Assembly: GCA_039799905.1 (NCBI GenBank)
Contig: JBDLRP010000006.1
Coordinates: 9,765 to 73,764 of the forward strand
Length of the DNA stretch: 64,000 nucleotides
From: Pseudomonadota bacterium
GTDB taxonomy: Bacteria; Bdellovibrionota_B; Oligoflexia; Silvanigrellales; Silvanigrellaceae
Reading direction: 5' to 3'
This document shows positions 20,801 through 31,113 of the stretch, one piece after another. Numbering within the stretch: the first letter of the stretch is position 1; every line of letters starts with the position of its first letter. A program made the translations under genes and the position numbers. The notes under the pieces are model-generated. The model worked only from the letters and a program-made list of their open reading frames with translations. It ran no database searches and was not told the origin of the DNA.

Positions 20801-22951
20801 TCAAGCCGGAAGGGCGATGCTGAATATCGTACCACGCGGTTCATTGGCTGACACCCAGAGGCGCCCTCCATGCTCATGAACAATCTGCTGAACAATCACC
20901 AGACCAAGCCCCGTTCCAGTGCGTTTGGTGCTAAAATAGGGCTCAAAAATCCGCTCACGAACGGCCTCGGGAACGCCATGCCCCGTGTCGACCACGGAGA
21001 TCTCAACCTCCGGACGAGCGCCTTGCTGCACCTGCACCCTGACTACGACGCTCTTGGCGTCTTCGAGCCCTGATGAGGCAGAGACTGCATTCGAGATGAG
21101 ATTAAACAGAGCACGGCTGACTTGCTCAGGATCATAACGGAGCTCAATAACCGGAAGCGGAGTCTGAGCAGCAATCCTTTGAAAGGCACCCGAGGCCTCG
21201 TCAAAACACTCAAGCATGACGTTGACCTGTTCAAGGTTGTCGGAGAATCCGGCAACCGTCAGCCGCAATGTGTCGAGGATATTTCCAGTCTTCAGTCGCG
21301 GACCGGGCATGCGCGCAACAGAAACAAACTCATCAACAAGCTGACGGATCGTGTCCGAGGACTGAACGATCACGCGCAGACTTTCACGCATGATCTCATG
21401 CTCCTCTCCTTGTACCTTACCGAGAATTCTTCTTTCCAGCCTCTGTGCTCCAAGCAGAATAGGCGTCAGTGGATTCTTGATTTCATGGGCGACCTTGCGA
21501 GCCACTTCACGCCATGCAGCAAGTCGCTGTGCACGCGCGATGTCTGTCACATCCTCGATGATGACAAGAAATGCTTTCTGTTTATTGGGCTTGACTAGCG
21601 CGTGCGCCGTGACGACCAGCTGACAATCCCTTGCAAAAATTCTACCGGAAAATTCACTGACAACACGGCGCTCGACGCCGTCTATCAACGGAAGCAGCAA
21701 TAATGGCCTCAGCCAGTTCAGATAAAAATCACGCGGAAGGAGATCTCCCAGCGGCCTGCCCTGTGCTGTGCGTTCTTCCATGAGGAACAACCGTTCCGTG
21801 GCCGGATTGCAGGCTTCAAGCCGGAGCTGATCATCGACGGCAAGAACGGAAGCCTGAACCTCCTGCAATACCGATGCATAATATTCAGTCTTCTCACTGA
21901 GCAGAGCCGCCTTGACCTCCAATTCATGCGAGGATGCACGGGCACGCTGATTTGCATCACGTAGGTCAAAAACCATCGAACGGAAACTTCGCGCCAGCTG
22001 GCCAAGTTCATCATCTGAGACGATGTCATCTATTTTTACTTCGTAATTTCCGGCGGCAACCGATTCAGTGGCCAGTGCCAGCGATTGCAGAGGACCCGTC
22101 AACTCGCGAGCGATGGTCACTCCCAGCCAGAGCGCAGAAAAGATCAGCAGCACCGTGATGGCACCGAGCAGGATGTAATAACTGAGCCGCAACAGCTCGA
22201 TGCCCGGCTGCGCCTGCGAAACCTCGAGTGTCAGAAACTGCCACTGCGTGTGGATCGTCGGCGGCGCGACAATACCGACAAATTTATCGCCGTTGCGCGC
22301 GACAGCGACAAATCTGGTTTTGTTGAGTGGCAGCCATTTTGGTTCGTCACTCAGTTCGGATCGATTTTTGAAGATGACGGATTGAATTTCAGGAAGAAAA
22401 TCTTTGTATCTGTCGTTGAGGACGAGCGACGTCTTGCCTACTTCGTCAACAGGAATCACGAAGTCCACCAACTGTTTTTGTGCCGGCGAGTGAACAGAGT
22501 TCGCAAGTACTGCAAGAAGTTTTTCGCGGTATTCGGCTTCACTTTTCAAACTCGCCGTCGACGTCTGCTCGACACTCGGTGGCAGCCAGCGCTCAAAGTG
22601 GGCATTGACGAATTTTGTCGAGATGTAGAGTAGAATGAGGGTTGGAACCAAAGAGAAGAACAGGAAAAGAGTGACCAGACGAGTGCGCAGCGAACTTCCG
22701 AATATAGCCCTTTGCCGCTCGACGACCAGCTTGACCGCATTGCGGAAACTCAAAAAAATCAAAACAAATGCGAGCAGTGCGTTTAGGTTCACGACACTGA
22801 AAAACAAGATCACCGAAAGAAACGACTGGTTCTGCAGTACGGCGGTCAGTCCGTCAAAGATTCGCGTTTCAATCCACGTTCCCAGAACGAACAATGACAA
22901 TGCAAATAGCAGGGCACTGGCCAGTCCGATGACACGCGTCGTGTTGCTCAT
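20801..22951 (-). CDS. ntrY: Sensor histidine kinase, NtrY-like (TM-HAMP-PAS-HisKA-HATPase)
   Basis: AQRLAAWREVARKVAHEIKNPLTPI and FEPYFSTKRTGTGLGL. Confidence 0.88.
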   Translation of the reverse strand: MSNTTRVIGLASALLFALSLFVLGTWIETRIFDGLTAVLQNQSFLSVILFFSVVNLNALLAFVLIFLSFRNAVKLVVERQRAIFGSSLRTRLVTLFLFFSLVPTLILLYISTKFVNAHFERWLPPSVEQTSTASLKSEAEYREKLLAVLANSVHSPAQKQLVDFVIPVDEVGKTSLVLNDRYKDFLPEIQSVIFKNRSELSDEPKWLPLNKTRFVAVARNGDKFVGIVAPPTIHTQWQFLTLEVSQAQPGIELLRLSYYILLGAITVLLIFSALWLGVTIARELTGPLQSLALATESVAAGNYEVKIDDIVSDDELGQLARSFRSMVFDLRDANQRARASSHELEVKAALLSEKTEYYASVLQEVQASVLAVDDQLRLEACNPATERLFLMEERTAQGRPLGDLLPRDFYLNWLRPLLLLPLIDGVERRVVSEFSGRIFARDCQLVVTAHALVKPNKQKAFLVIIEDVTDIARAQRLAAWREVARKVAHEIKNPLTPILLGAQRLERRILGKVQGEEHEIMRESLRVIVQSSDTIRQLVDEFVSVARMPGPRLKTGNILDTLRLTVAGFSDNLEQVNVMLECFDEASGAFQRIAAQTPLPVIELRYDPEQVSRALFNLISNAVSASSGLEDAKSVVVRVQVQQGARPEVEISVVDTGHGVPEAVRERIFEPYFSTKRTGTGLGLVIVQQIVHEHGGRLWVSANEPRGTIFSIALPA

Positions 22952-22985
22952 TTTTGAGTCGCTCCCGTGCTGCCCTGCTTGAAGG

Positions 22986-23510
22986 TCAATTCTCGCCCGA
23001 CGGAACAATGCGGACGTCTGACCATTCCGGATGGTTGGCCATCTGCTGCGAATCCGGCACACCGCCGGCGCGGCGGAGTGATTCGGGAAGCGGAATTGGT
23101 TTGCCGCTTTTCAAGTCAACAGAAACGAGGCGCAGTTGAGCGATAAAATGAGTCTGACGATCCATGTCGAGAAAGGACTCAGTGCCTTCATTGACTTGTG
23201 TTTGCCGATCGGCGCTGACAATCTTCTGGATCACTTTCAGGCTGCTTTTACGGACGGCAACAAGTCGGGTTTCGACGCACATTTTCGCACCGAACTGCAG
23301 CGGAGATAGATACTTTCCATGAATTTCGGCCACAACGAAGGCAATTCCGTCCTTAAGGCACTGTTCGAACGGAACGCCAATTTCGCGCATAGCATGGCAT
23401 CGTGCCCGCTCAAGATATTTGAGATAGTTGGGATGATGAACAACTCCACCTCCATCGATGTCCTCAAATTGGACCTCAATGGGCAGGCGGCAGGTCGAAT
23501 TCCAACGCAT
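22986..23510 (-). CDS. YbgC/4HBT-family acyl-CoA thioesterase
   Basis: EDIDGGGVVHHPNYLKYLERAR. Confidence 0.88.
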   Translation of the reverse strand: MRWNSTCRLPIEVQFEDIDGGGVVHHPNYLKYLERARCHAMREIGVPFEQCLKDGIAFVVAEIHGKYLSPLQFGAKMCVETRLVAVRKSSLKVIQKIVSADRQTQVNEGTESFLDMDRQTHFIAQLRLVSVDLKSGKPIPLPESLRRAGGVPDSQQMANHPEWSDVRIVPSGEN

Positions 23511-23530
23511 GAGGGGTCCCCGGGTAGAAA

Positions 23531-24319
23531 ATGGTTTTGAATTTTGCTGAAGCACTTGAACGTCTACTACCTGTTGTTGACGACGTCTATTCGCGCTGGT
23601 CGAAGGATCGTGACCAGCTGCAGGCAGCGCACGAGGCGCATCCCGAAAGTCCGCGCATCAGCTGCAAAAAAGGCTGCGGGGCCTGCTGTCATTTCCCAAT
23701 CATTCCGGCGACTGCCGGCGAGGCCTTTGTACTGTTGGCTCGCCTGCTTGCCGAAGGACAATCGGTCACGGACCTGCATGCACGGTTTATGCCCTATGCC
23801 CGCCGATATCTCGAACGTGCCGTGCGAGAAAATTCTCTGCCCATGACCGACGAACAGCAACGGCTTTTTCTGCGCGAGAAACTTCCATGCCCGATGTTTG
23901 TCTCCACTCCGGAGACCGGCGCCCTCGGCGGTCATTGCGGGATTTTTCACATCCGGCCACAGATCTGTGACTTCTTCCACAGCCTCGACCACCCTGATCT
24001 TTGCCTTCACAAAAAGCCACATGGCTCTTTTGCCGACATCACCCAGCGTGGGCATGAATCGCTCGACGAGTTGCGCGATGCCGAACGCAGCGTTTTTGGC
24101 AGGAGCACACTCGGTCATTTGCCACTTTTGGTCGCTGCCCTTTTGACGGATGCAGGCCTGAAATTGTTCCTAACCGTCGTAGAACCAGACAGTGCCGTTG
24201 AAAATGCGCAGGACATTGAGGATTTTAGCTTGTACGTCGGTCTGCTTGAGTGTCTTGGATACGGATGGGGAGACGGCGACTGGGCCTCCCTTGCCAAAGC
24301 ACAAGCAGAGGTGATTTAA
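23531..24319 (+). CDS. YkgJ-family cysteine-cluster (CxxCxxCC) protein
   Basis: CKKGCGACC, CPMF and CGIFHIRPQIC. Confidence 0.85.
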   Translation: MVLNFAEALERLLPVVDDVYSRWSKDRDQLQAAHEAHPESPRISCKKGCGACCHFPIIPATAGEAFVLLARLLAEGQSVTDLHARFMPYARRYLERAVRENSLPMTDEQQRLFLREKLPCPMFVSTPETGALGGHCGIFHIRPQICDFFHSLDHPDLCLHKKPHGSFADITQRGHESLDELRDAERSVFGRSTLGHLPLLVAALLTDAGLKLFLTVVEPDSAVENAQDIEDFSLYVGLLECLGYGWGDGDWASLAKAQAEVI

Positions 24320-24362
24320 GGCGCGCGAAGGGCGATTTTTTGCTTGGAAGGAGCAGACCACT

Positions 24363-25373
24363 ATGAGCACAAAGAAGACATTAACACTCATCCCCGGGGA
24401 CGGCATCGGCCCTGAAATCAGTGAGGCTGTCACCAAAATACTCGACGCTGCGGGATTACAGGTGAGTTGGGACCATCAGGAGGGTGGAGAAGTCTGCGCA
24501 TTGGCCGGACGGGGAGTCATGCCGGACGCAACCATCGACTCCATTGCGCGCCACAAAATCGCCCTCAAGGGCCCTACTACGACGCCGACGGGCGGCGGAC
24601 ATCAAAGTGCGAACGTTACGTTACGCAAGCGCCTCGACCTATACGCAAACGTGCGGCCCGCAAAGAGCCTGCCTGGCTACAAGACAAAGTTCGACAACAT
24701 CGACATGATCATCGTCCGTGAAAACACGGAAGACACCTATGCCGGCGTTGAACACATGGTCGCCCCGAATGTTGCTCAATGCCTCAAGATCATCACCTGG
24801 GAAGGCAGCGAGCGTGTCGCACGCTACGCTTTCGAAATGGCCCGCAAGCTCAAGCGCAAGCGCGTCACTTGCGTTCACAAGGCCAACATCCACAAGCTTT
24901 CGGACGGATTGTTTTTGCGTGCGCACGAAAAAGTTGCCGCAGAATTTTCCGACGTGAATTTCGACAGCATCATTGTGGATAACCTGTGCATGCAGCTGGT
25001 GACCCGCCCCGAACAATTTGATGTTTTGGTTCTGCCCAACCTTTATGGAGACATTGTTTCCGACCTCTGTGCAGGATTGGTAGGCGGCCTGGGAGTCGCA
25101 CCCGGCGCGAACATCGGCAACAACGGCGCGGTGTTTGAAGCTGTGCACGGATCGGCACCCGATATCGCCGGTCAGGGAAAAGCAAATCCGACGGCATTGC
25201 TGCTTTCTGCAGTCATGATGTTGCAACACATGGGTGAACTGTCGATGGCAGAGCGCATTGAGAAGGCTCTTCACACAGTCCTTGGCGAAGGAAAATCACT
25301 CACTCGCGACCTCAAGGGTACGGCAAGCACCACGCAATTTGCCGACGCCATCATTGCGGCACTGAAGAAATAA
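24363..25373 (+). CDS. Isocitrate dehydrogenase, IDH3-like, probably NAD-dependent
   Basis: IPGDGIGPEI, KGPTTTP..SANVTLR, HKANI, NLYGDIVSDL and HGSAPDIAG. Confidence 0.85.
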   Translation: MSTKKTLTLIPGDGIGPEISEAVTKILDAAGLQVSWDHQEGGEVCALAGRGVMPDATIDSIARHKIALKGPTTTPTGGGHQSANVTLRKRLDLYANVRPAKSLPGYKTKFDNIDMIIVRENTEDTYAGVEHMVAPNVAQCLKIITWEGSERVARYAFEMARKLKRKRVTCVHKANIHKLSDGLFLRAHEKVAAEFSDVNFDSIIVDNLCMQLVTRPEQFDVLVLPNLYGDIVSDLCAGLVGGLGVAPGANIGNNGAVFEAVHGSAPDIAGQGKANPTALLLSAVMMLQHMGELSMAERIEKALHTVLGEGKSLTRDLKGTASTTQFADAIIAALKK

Positions 25374-25383
25374 GGAAGATAAA

Positions 25384-25704
25384 ATGACCAACGACACACG
25401 ACTGATTTCCGGAGTAGACATCTTTGTTGAAGCGCCGTTCACCGCAGGACTTCCTGCGCAAATTGGCAATCTCAAGCTCGCCCATATCTCGAGCCGCGGC
25501 ACAAAACTCAAAGGCGCCGAACTCGAAAAAACAATTCTCGACGTTGGCTGGCTCTGCGCACGGTACGTATTCGATGCGCCTGTCAATCATGGGGCGGAGG
25601 CGGATGCCGCCATTTGTCAGGTGGTTCAGAAAGTGGGCTCGCAGTTCAAATGGTCAAGCCTCATTAAGCTTTACTCACAAGACGGCAAACCGCAGTTTTC
25701 GTAA
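25384..25704 (+). CDS. Stand-alone isocitrate dehydrogenase C-terminal domain (Thermus-type tail)
   Basis: GVDIFVE, LAHISSRGT, WLCARY and WSSLIKLYSQDGKPQFS parallel the tail motifs GVDVFVE, LKMISNRGT, HYRCRF and WMHLEKL..FDGEPGF, recalled from memory. Confidence 0.7.
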   Translation: MTNDTRLISGVDIFVEAPFTAGLPAQIGNLKLAHISSRGTKLKGAELEKTILDVGWLCARYVFDAPVNHGAEADAAICQVVQKVGSQFKWSSLIKLYSQDGKPQFS

Positions 25705-25726
25705 CCAGTGAATGGACAGGCAAACT

Positions 25727-25764
25727 AAAAAGGCGTGACAGCAAACTGCGGTCACGCCTTTTTT
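25727..25764. terminator. Bidirectional intrinsic terminator
   Basis: AAAAAGGCGTGAC-AGCAAACTGCG-GTCACGCCTTTTTT between convergent genes. Confidence 0.9.
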
Positions 25765-25782
25765 ACGTTCCAAGGGAACGAA

Positions 25783-27015
25783 TTACATGTGCTCGCAAAT
25801 CGCCTTGGCGAACTCACTGCACTTCACCTCACGTGCACCGGCAAGCTGACGGGCAAAGTCATAGGTCACAACTTTATCTTTCAGCGTAGCCTCGAAAGCC
25901 TTTTCAATCAGCTGGCAAACTTCCTTCCAGCCGAGATATTCAAACATCATGACACCGCTCAAAATGACACTTCCCGGATTGACCTTGTCCTGACCGGCGT
26001 ATTTTGGTGCCGTGCCGTGGGTCGCCTCAAAAACCGCAAAACCGTCACCGATATTTGCTCCCGGCGCGATTCCCAGACCGCCGACCTGTGCGGCAAGAGC
26101 GTCTGACAAATAATCACCGTTGAGGTTTGTTGTGGCCAGAACGTCATATTCATCGGGGCGAAGAAGCGCCTGCTGGAACATATTGTCGGCGATCGCATCC
26201 TTGATGAGAATTTTCCCCGCAGGAACCTGACCCTGACACTCGTCCCAAGTCACGCAGAAATCGCGGAACTCTTCTTTGGCCACTGCATAGCCCCAGTCAC
26301 GAAAGGCACCTTCGGTGAACTTCATGATGTTGCCCTTGTGCACCAGCGTCACGCTCTTTCGCTTGTTTTCGATTGCGTAGCGGATGGCAGCTCGCACGAG
26401 CCGCTTTGAGCCGAACTCACTCACGGGCTTGATTCCCAGACCTGAGTCTTCACGCACTGTTCTGTTGAAGGCAGTCTTCAAAAAATCACGCAGTTTGAGC
26501 GCCTCGGGGCTGCCCGATTTGAACTCAATTCCAGCATAAATATCTTCCGTATTCTCACGGAAGATAACCATGTCGACTTTCTGGGGTTCGCGCACAGGAG
26601 CGGGCACGTTGGGGTACCACTTCACCGGACGGACACATTGATAGAGGTCGAGAGTCTGCCGCAATGTCACGTTCAAACTGCGGATACCGCCACCGACGGG
26701 AGTGGTGAGCGGACCCTTGATCGACACGCGGAATTCACGCAGCGCATCGACTGTTTCCTGCGGGAGCCAGTCGTTGTATTTTTGAAAGGACGCTTCACCC
26801 GCAGGAACTTCCATCCAGTGAATTTTGCGCTTGCCGCCGTAGGCCTTGGCAACCGCGGCATCAAAAACCAGCTGGCTCGCAGCCCAAATGTCCGGTCCGG
26901 TACCGTCGCCGCGGATGAATGGAATGATTGGTTCTGCGGGAACATTCAGCTGTCCCTTGCCATCGACGGAAATTTTTTGTCCGGCGTTCGGCACTGAAAT
27001 TAGTTTGTAACTCAT
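25783..27015 (-). CDS. icd: NADP-dependent isocitrate dehydrogenase (E. coli-type homodimer)
   Basis: [28 protein letters not shown] and HGTAPKYAG. Confidence 0.97.
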   Translation of the reverse strand: MSYKLISVPNAGQKISVDGKGQLNVPAEPIIPFIRGDGTGPDIWAASQLVFDAAVAKAYGGKRKIHWMEVPAGEASFQKYNDWLPQETVDALREFRVSIKGPLTTPVGGGIRSLNVTLRQTLDLYQCVRPVKWYPNVPAPVREPQKVDMVIFRENTEDIYAGIEFKSGSPEALKLRDFLKTAFNRTVREDSGLGIKPVSEFGSKRLVRAAIRYAIENKRKSVTLVHKGNIMKFTEGAFRDWGYAVAKEEFRDFCVTWDECQGQVPAGKILIKDAIADNMFQQALLRPDEYDVLATTNLNGDYLSDALAAQVGGLGIAPGANIGDGFAVFEATHGTAPKYAGQDKVNPGSVILSGVMMFEYLGWKEVCQLIEKAFEATLKDKVVTYDFARQLAGAREVKCSEFAKAICEHM

Positions 27016-27019
27016 AAGT

Positions 27020-27988
27020 TCACCCTTCCTGCTCAAGGCGGTTTAAACAAACCCGAAAATCATCGGGTAAAGGAGCATCAAATGCAAATGTCCTGCCGTC
27101 CGCCTCCTGCCAGCTGATGCTCTGTGCATGCAGCATATGACGGGCTGCCCATTGCCCGCAGGGGTGACCGATAACGTTGTTTGCGTAGGTTTTATCGCCA
27201 AACAAGGGAACACCGAGAGCCTGCAGGTGCACCCGGATTTGATGCGTCCGGCCGGTTTCGGGCCGACACTCGATGAAGCTCGCCTGCAGCTTTGGAAATG
27301 TTTTGAGAACCAGATAAGCGGTGATTGCCGACTTTACATCTTTGCTCTTTACTTGAGCGGAACGTGCAGAGGAAGCACCCATCACGGCCATATAGGTGTT
27401 GGCCCGCGACGAATCTTTGCGAATTGGCCACGTCAAATCACCCTCGAGCGCTGACGGAATTCCCAAGGCAAGTGCGACGTAGCTCTTCTTCATCTTTCGC
27501 TGCAAAAAAAGCTGCTCCAACTGATTTTGCGAAGCCCTGCCCCTGGCAATCAGCATGACACCCGATGTGTCTTTATCGAGCCGGTGCACAAGAAAAAGAT
27601 CATCCAGTTTATACTTATTCGGGTATTGGCTGCACAGAGCGTGAATGACCGTGTCTTCGCTGGAGGTCAACGTCGCCTGTGATGGCAGACCGGCAGGCTT
27701 GTTTATCACCAAAAATTGTTGAGTCTCGGCAAGCACTGTCACTGGGATACTTTTCACCTGATCACTCTTGAGTGGCCGTTCTTCATCCCAAAACAGCTCG
27801 ATCAGGTCGCCCTCCGATACATTTTTCTTGGCAATCATGACCCTTTTTTTGTTGAGATATGCGCCACCGCGGTCAATAATCATTTTTATTTTTTTGCGCG
27901 AGAGCGCTTGGCACAACGCCGAGGCAGCAACATCAAAACGCTCGCCGTTGAGAGAGGCTGGCACCTGTGCTTTAATCTGACCTAGCAT
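27020..27988 (-). CDS. RluA/RluD-family pseudouridine synthase with S4 domain
   Basis: [15 protein letters not shown] and [10 protein letters not shown]. Confidence 0.93.
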   Translation of the reverse strand: MLGQIKAQVPASLNGERFDVAASALCQALSRKKIKMIIDRGGAYLNKKRVMIAKKNVSEGDLIELFWDEERPLKSDQVKSIPVTVLAETQQFLVINKPAGLPSQATLTSSEDTVIHALCSQYPNKYKLDDLFLVHRLDKDTSGVMLIARGRASQNQLEQLFLQRKMKKSYVALALGIPSALEGDLTWPIRKDSSRANTYMAVMGASSARSAQVKSKDVKSAITAYLVLKTFPKLQASFIECRPETGRTHQIRVHLQALGVPLFGDKTYANNVIGHPCGQWAARHMLHAQSISWQEADGRTFAFDAPLPDDFRVCLNRLEQEG

Positions 27989-28016
27989 TCACAACCTCAT
28001 TCGGGGAGAACAACTG

Positions 28017-28841
28017 ATGGTGTTGGCAAAATTTTTTGCCCGGACACGGATTGCGGTTTCGCTTGCGTGCGCAGCAGGCTGCCCACAGGCATTCGCTGCA
28101 GAGCCGGTTGCCCATACAAAAACGGTGAAGCAGGAGCTGAACAACGGCATTACTTACTGGCTGGATGCAACTTTTTCAAATAAAAAAGTTCATATTGTGC
28201 AGATTGATTTGACCAACCCTAAGATAAAATTTCGCGCATCGACGAGCCAAGAGCGCGGCATGACACCCTCTGAATTTGCCGCAAAAACCGGCGCCATTGC
28301 AGTCATCAACGGTGACTTCTTTGATGCCGCACAGCGAACGATTGGCCTTGCCGCAGGGCTAGGTTCTGTCTGGCCAAACACTGCCGACACAAAAGAGTGG
28401 TCTTTCTTGGCATGCACAGACAACAACAGCTGCTTCATTGACCCATTCAACACCGTCACCCCGCATCAACCGGCTTGGACGAGCGTTGTCGGAGGATGGC
28501 AAATTCTCATTGATCCGGATTTTGAATGGAGCAAGGCAGACGACTCCGAGTGTGGAGATTTTTGTCTCGTCGAACATCCGCGCACAGCGGTCGGACTCAA
28601 TGCTGACCGCAGCAAAATGTGGTGGGTGATGGTGGAAGGCAGGCAAGGTGCACTCACGGGATTGACGCTCGCAAATACCACACGCGTATTCAAAAAACTC
28701 GGGGCCACATGGGCGCTGAATCTCGATGGCGGAGGCAGCTCGGGACTTATTCTCAACGGCCGCCGAATCAACGGCCGTCCGTTCAACGAACCTCAGGAAC
28801 GCAGAGTCGCAAATAGTCTTGCAGTGATTGCCACTCCCTGA
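28017..28841 (+). CDS. Exported phosphodiester glycosidase (NAGPA-like) family protein
   Basis: INGDFF, HPRTAVG, VEGRQ, ALNLDGGGSS and a signal peptide. Confidence 0.88.
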   Translation: MVLAKFFARTRIAVSLACAAGCPQAFAAEPVAHTKTVKQELNNGITYWLDATFSNKKVHIVQIDLTNPKIKFRASTSQERGMTPSEFAAKTGAIAVINGDFFDAAQRTIGLAAGLGSVWPNTADTKEWSFLACTDNNSCFIDPFNTVTPHQPAWTSVVGGWQILIDPDFEWSKADDSECGDFCLVEHPRTAVGLNADRSKMWWVMVEGRQGALTGLTLANTTRVFKKLGATWALNLDGGGSSGLILNGRRINGRPFNEPQERRVANSLAVIATP

Positions 28842-28847
28842 ATGCGC

Positions 28848-29933
28848 TTACTGCGGCGGCTCTGCAATGAGGGCTGTTAGATCCTTGGCAAATGATGTTC
28901 GCTTGTAGAAATCGGTCTGCTCTCCGCCGTCGGGCTTGAGTTGAATTTCAATCAACGCGCCAATATCGGTGCGGCCAATCAACAACCGCTTGTTAGTGCG
29001 GGCAATGAGACCCAGCGGTGTTTTACCCATATTGTTGACGCCCGAATAAATCTTCGTTGCATTGCTAAGATTGGTGCCATCGAAATCGTAGCGCATCAGC
29101 AGCGGATTGGTTTCATGTTGATACAATACGTACACTTTCCCATCGGAATTTTGCATCACATTGACGGCCTTGTGCTGAGCAGTTGTTTCTGGACCATCGC
29201 CATAATTCAAAGTTCCCTTACAGGTCACAGCCCCGGAACTCAGAGTCAGGATGTTGATCCGGGGGACCGTTCCACTGGATAAAAGCGCGATTGCAGAAGT
29301 GTCACCACCCTGAATCAAAGCGGAATGGTTGACACTGTCTATCGGGCAACCTGTTGCGGCGGGGGATGATGAAGAGAAAAACTCATCTGCGCTAAGACCG
29401 CCATCACTGTTGTATCGGATTGATTTTATGCCGGTGCCAATTTGCGCGTGTAGAACTCCGCTCTGAAAGCCAGTCACAAGCGACTTTGCGCGTAAGGACT
29501 TGAATGCCGCCTTGATTGAACTTTCTGCACCCCAGGCTTTGTTCTTTACCAATGCCGATTTCACATCGAGGGTACCCAACGTTTCTTTGTCCGTTCCCGC
29601 ATCAACAAAAAACATCAGCGTTGACGCATCGAGAAAATGAAACGCCGTAATGGGTCCGTAATCCAAACCCGCTTCAAAAAGATCCACCGTCAGCGAAAGG
29701 CGACCACCACCATCAAAGCGAACGGCAATCGGACCACCACCGTCTTTGGGATTTGCCGCCAACCAAAAGGACACAGCGTTTGTCTCGGGAGCTTCGGTCG
29801 CAACTGGTGTGGGTGTCGGCGTGGGATTGGCATTGTCCGCACCCTTGGAAGACTCTTTTCCGCATGAAATCGCTGAGGCGACAAAACCAAGTGCAACCAG
29901 CGAAGGTAAGTATCGGCTCTTGAAAATGTTCAT
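28848..29933 (-). CDS. Hypothetical beta-rich lipoprotein
   Basis: Lipobox-like ASAISC and a PTPTPTP linker. Confidence 0.7.
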   Translation of the reverse strand: MNIFKSRYLPSLVALGFVASAISCGKESSKGADNANPTPTPTPVATEAPETNAVSFWLAANPKDGGGPIAVRFDGGGRLSLTVDLFEAGLDYGPITAFHFLDASTLMFFVDAGTDKETLGTLDVKSALVKNKAWGAESSIKAAFKSLRAKSLVTGFQSGVLHAQIGTGIKSIRYNSDGGLSADEFFSSSSPAATGCPIDSVNHSALIQGGDTSAIALLSSGTVPRINILTLSSGAVTCKGTLNYGDGPETTAQHKAVNVMQNSDGKVYVLYQHETNPLLMRYDFDGTNLSNATKIYSGVNNMGKTPLGLIARTNKRLLIGRTDIGALIEIQLKPDGGEQTDFYKRTSFAKDLTALIAEPPQ

Positions 29934-29955
29934 GACATTCAGCCTTTCACACGGT

Positions 29956-31050
29956 CTAAAAAACCGGTTCCTTGAGATCCACACCGCGCTCGATATCGGT
30001 ATCAACCTTCTCACGGCCAAAAATTTTCCACGCCGAAAGAACACACACACCTGCAAAAATCATCGTCGCAAGGAAGAACAGCGGATGGAAAAATAGAGCG
30101 AGTGCCAAACTCAGCACAGCGAGTGAACCGCACACGACCATGTTTGTCATCACCTTATCCGCACTTGATAACGGCAACTCAGCTTCAAGCACAGCAAGAG
30201 AATGACCCTGCACCAGCAGACGCCGCTCGCGTGCGGTTGTCATGAACCGGAACGGACTTTTCGGTGCAAACGAGTAGCGCACGACCCAAAAGGGTAAATG
30301 AACCAAATGTATACCTACAATCTCAATTTCAGTGCGGTGTTCATACAAAGTTCCGACTTTAGTCTTTGCAACACGACGATGGTATTCCTGGATTTGATCT
30401 TTGGCGCGTGCAATCGCAGAGCTCTCGCGCACCTGCACACCGGAAATGGTCAGACCGTTCGCATGATCAAACTTGAATCCTTGGCGCGCATCGTAAACGG
30501 TCGCAGAAGCTGCGCCTTTGACAACACCGAGAGTCTCGTCGAGCGGAAATCCGTCCCAGTCGACCAGAACATCTTCCTTGGGGTGATGCAGACGTTCCAG
30601 CCCCCAGTGTTCCTTGGGTGACTTTCTTGCCAAAATTGACCAACGATACCTTCGACTGAAGCGATTTTCTTCCTTCAAAAACCGCGCACTGTACTCGCTT
30701 CCCTGCCCTTTGTATTGGTTCGCCTTCTGGCTGTGACCGCTCCAAAATGTGTGGGCTTCAACAGAAATCACCCAGTAGGGCAGACTGATTCCGTAAGAAC
30801 CGAGAATCTGGAACTCATTCTTGACCTTGTCGGGCCGGTGATATCTGTTCGTGATCCAGTCGTAGAAAATTCCTTCGACCTGCTCGCGATCCAAACGATT
30901 TGGCACGATGAAGTGATCACCGATGATGTCTTTTGCACCCTCTTCCAGATCGAGGATGAAGCCCGTTGAACAATACGGACACAGGTGAATGTAGTCATCA
31001 ATGTTGTATTCAAACGACGCATTACACGCCGCACACGATACCTGAAACAT
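29956..31050 (-). CDS. Zinc-ribbon protein with C-terminal TM helices
   Basis: CAAC...CPYC at the N-terminus, LPYW and LPFW motifs, two C-terminal hydrophobic segments. Confidence 0.8.
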   Translation of the reverse strand: MFQVSCAACNASFEYNIDDYIHLCPYCSTGFILDLEEGAKDIIGDHFIVPNRLDREQVEGIFYDWITNRYHRPDKVKNEFQILGSYGISLPYWVISVEAHTFWSGHSQKANQYKGQGSEYSARFLKEENRFSRRYRWSILARKSPKEHWGLERLHHPKEDVLVDWDGFPLDETLGVVKGAASATVYDARQGFKFDHANGLTISGVQVRESSAIARAKDQIQEYHRRVAKTKVGTLYEHRTEIEIVGIHLVHLPFWVVRYSFAPKSPFRFMTTARERRLLVQGHSLAVLEAELPLSSADKVMTNMVVCGSLAVLSLALALFFHPLFFLATMIFAGVCVLSAWKIFGREKVDTDIERGVDLKEPVF

Positions 31051-31113
31051 GCAGCCACCCTTGAAGGTTGAGACTCAGTTCCAGATTAACGCCATTGTGT
31101 GGTGCAGACGATG

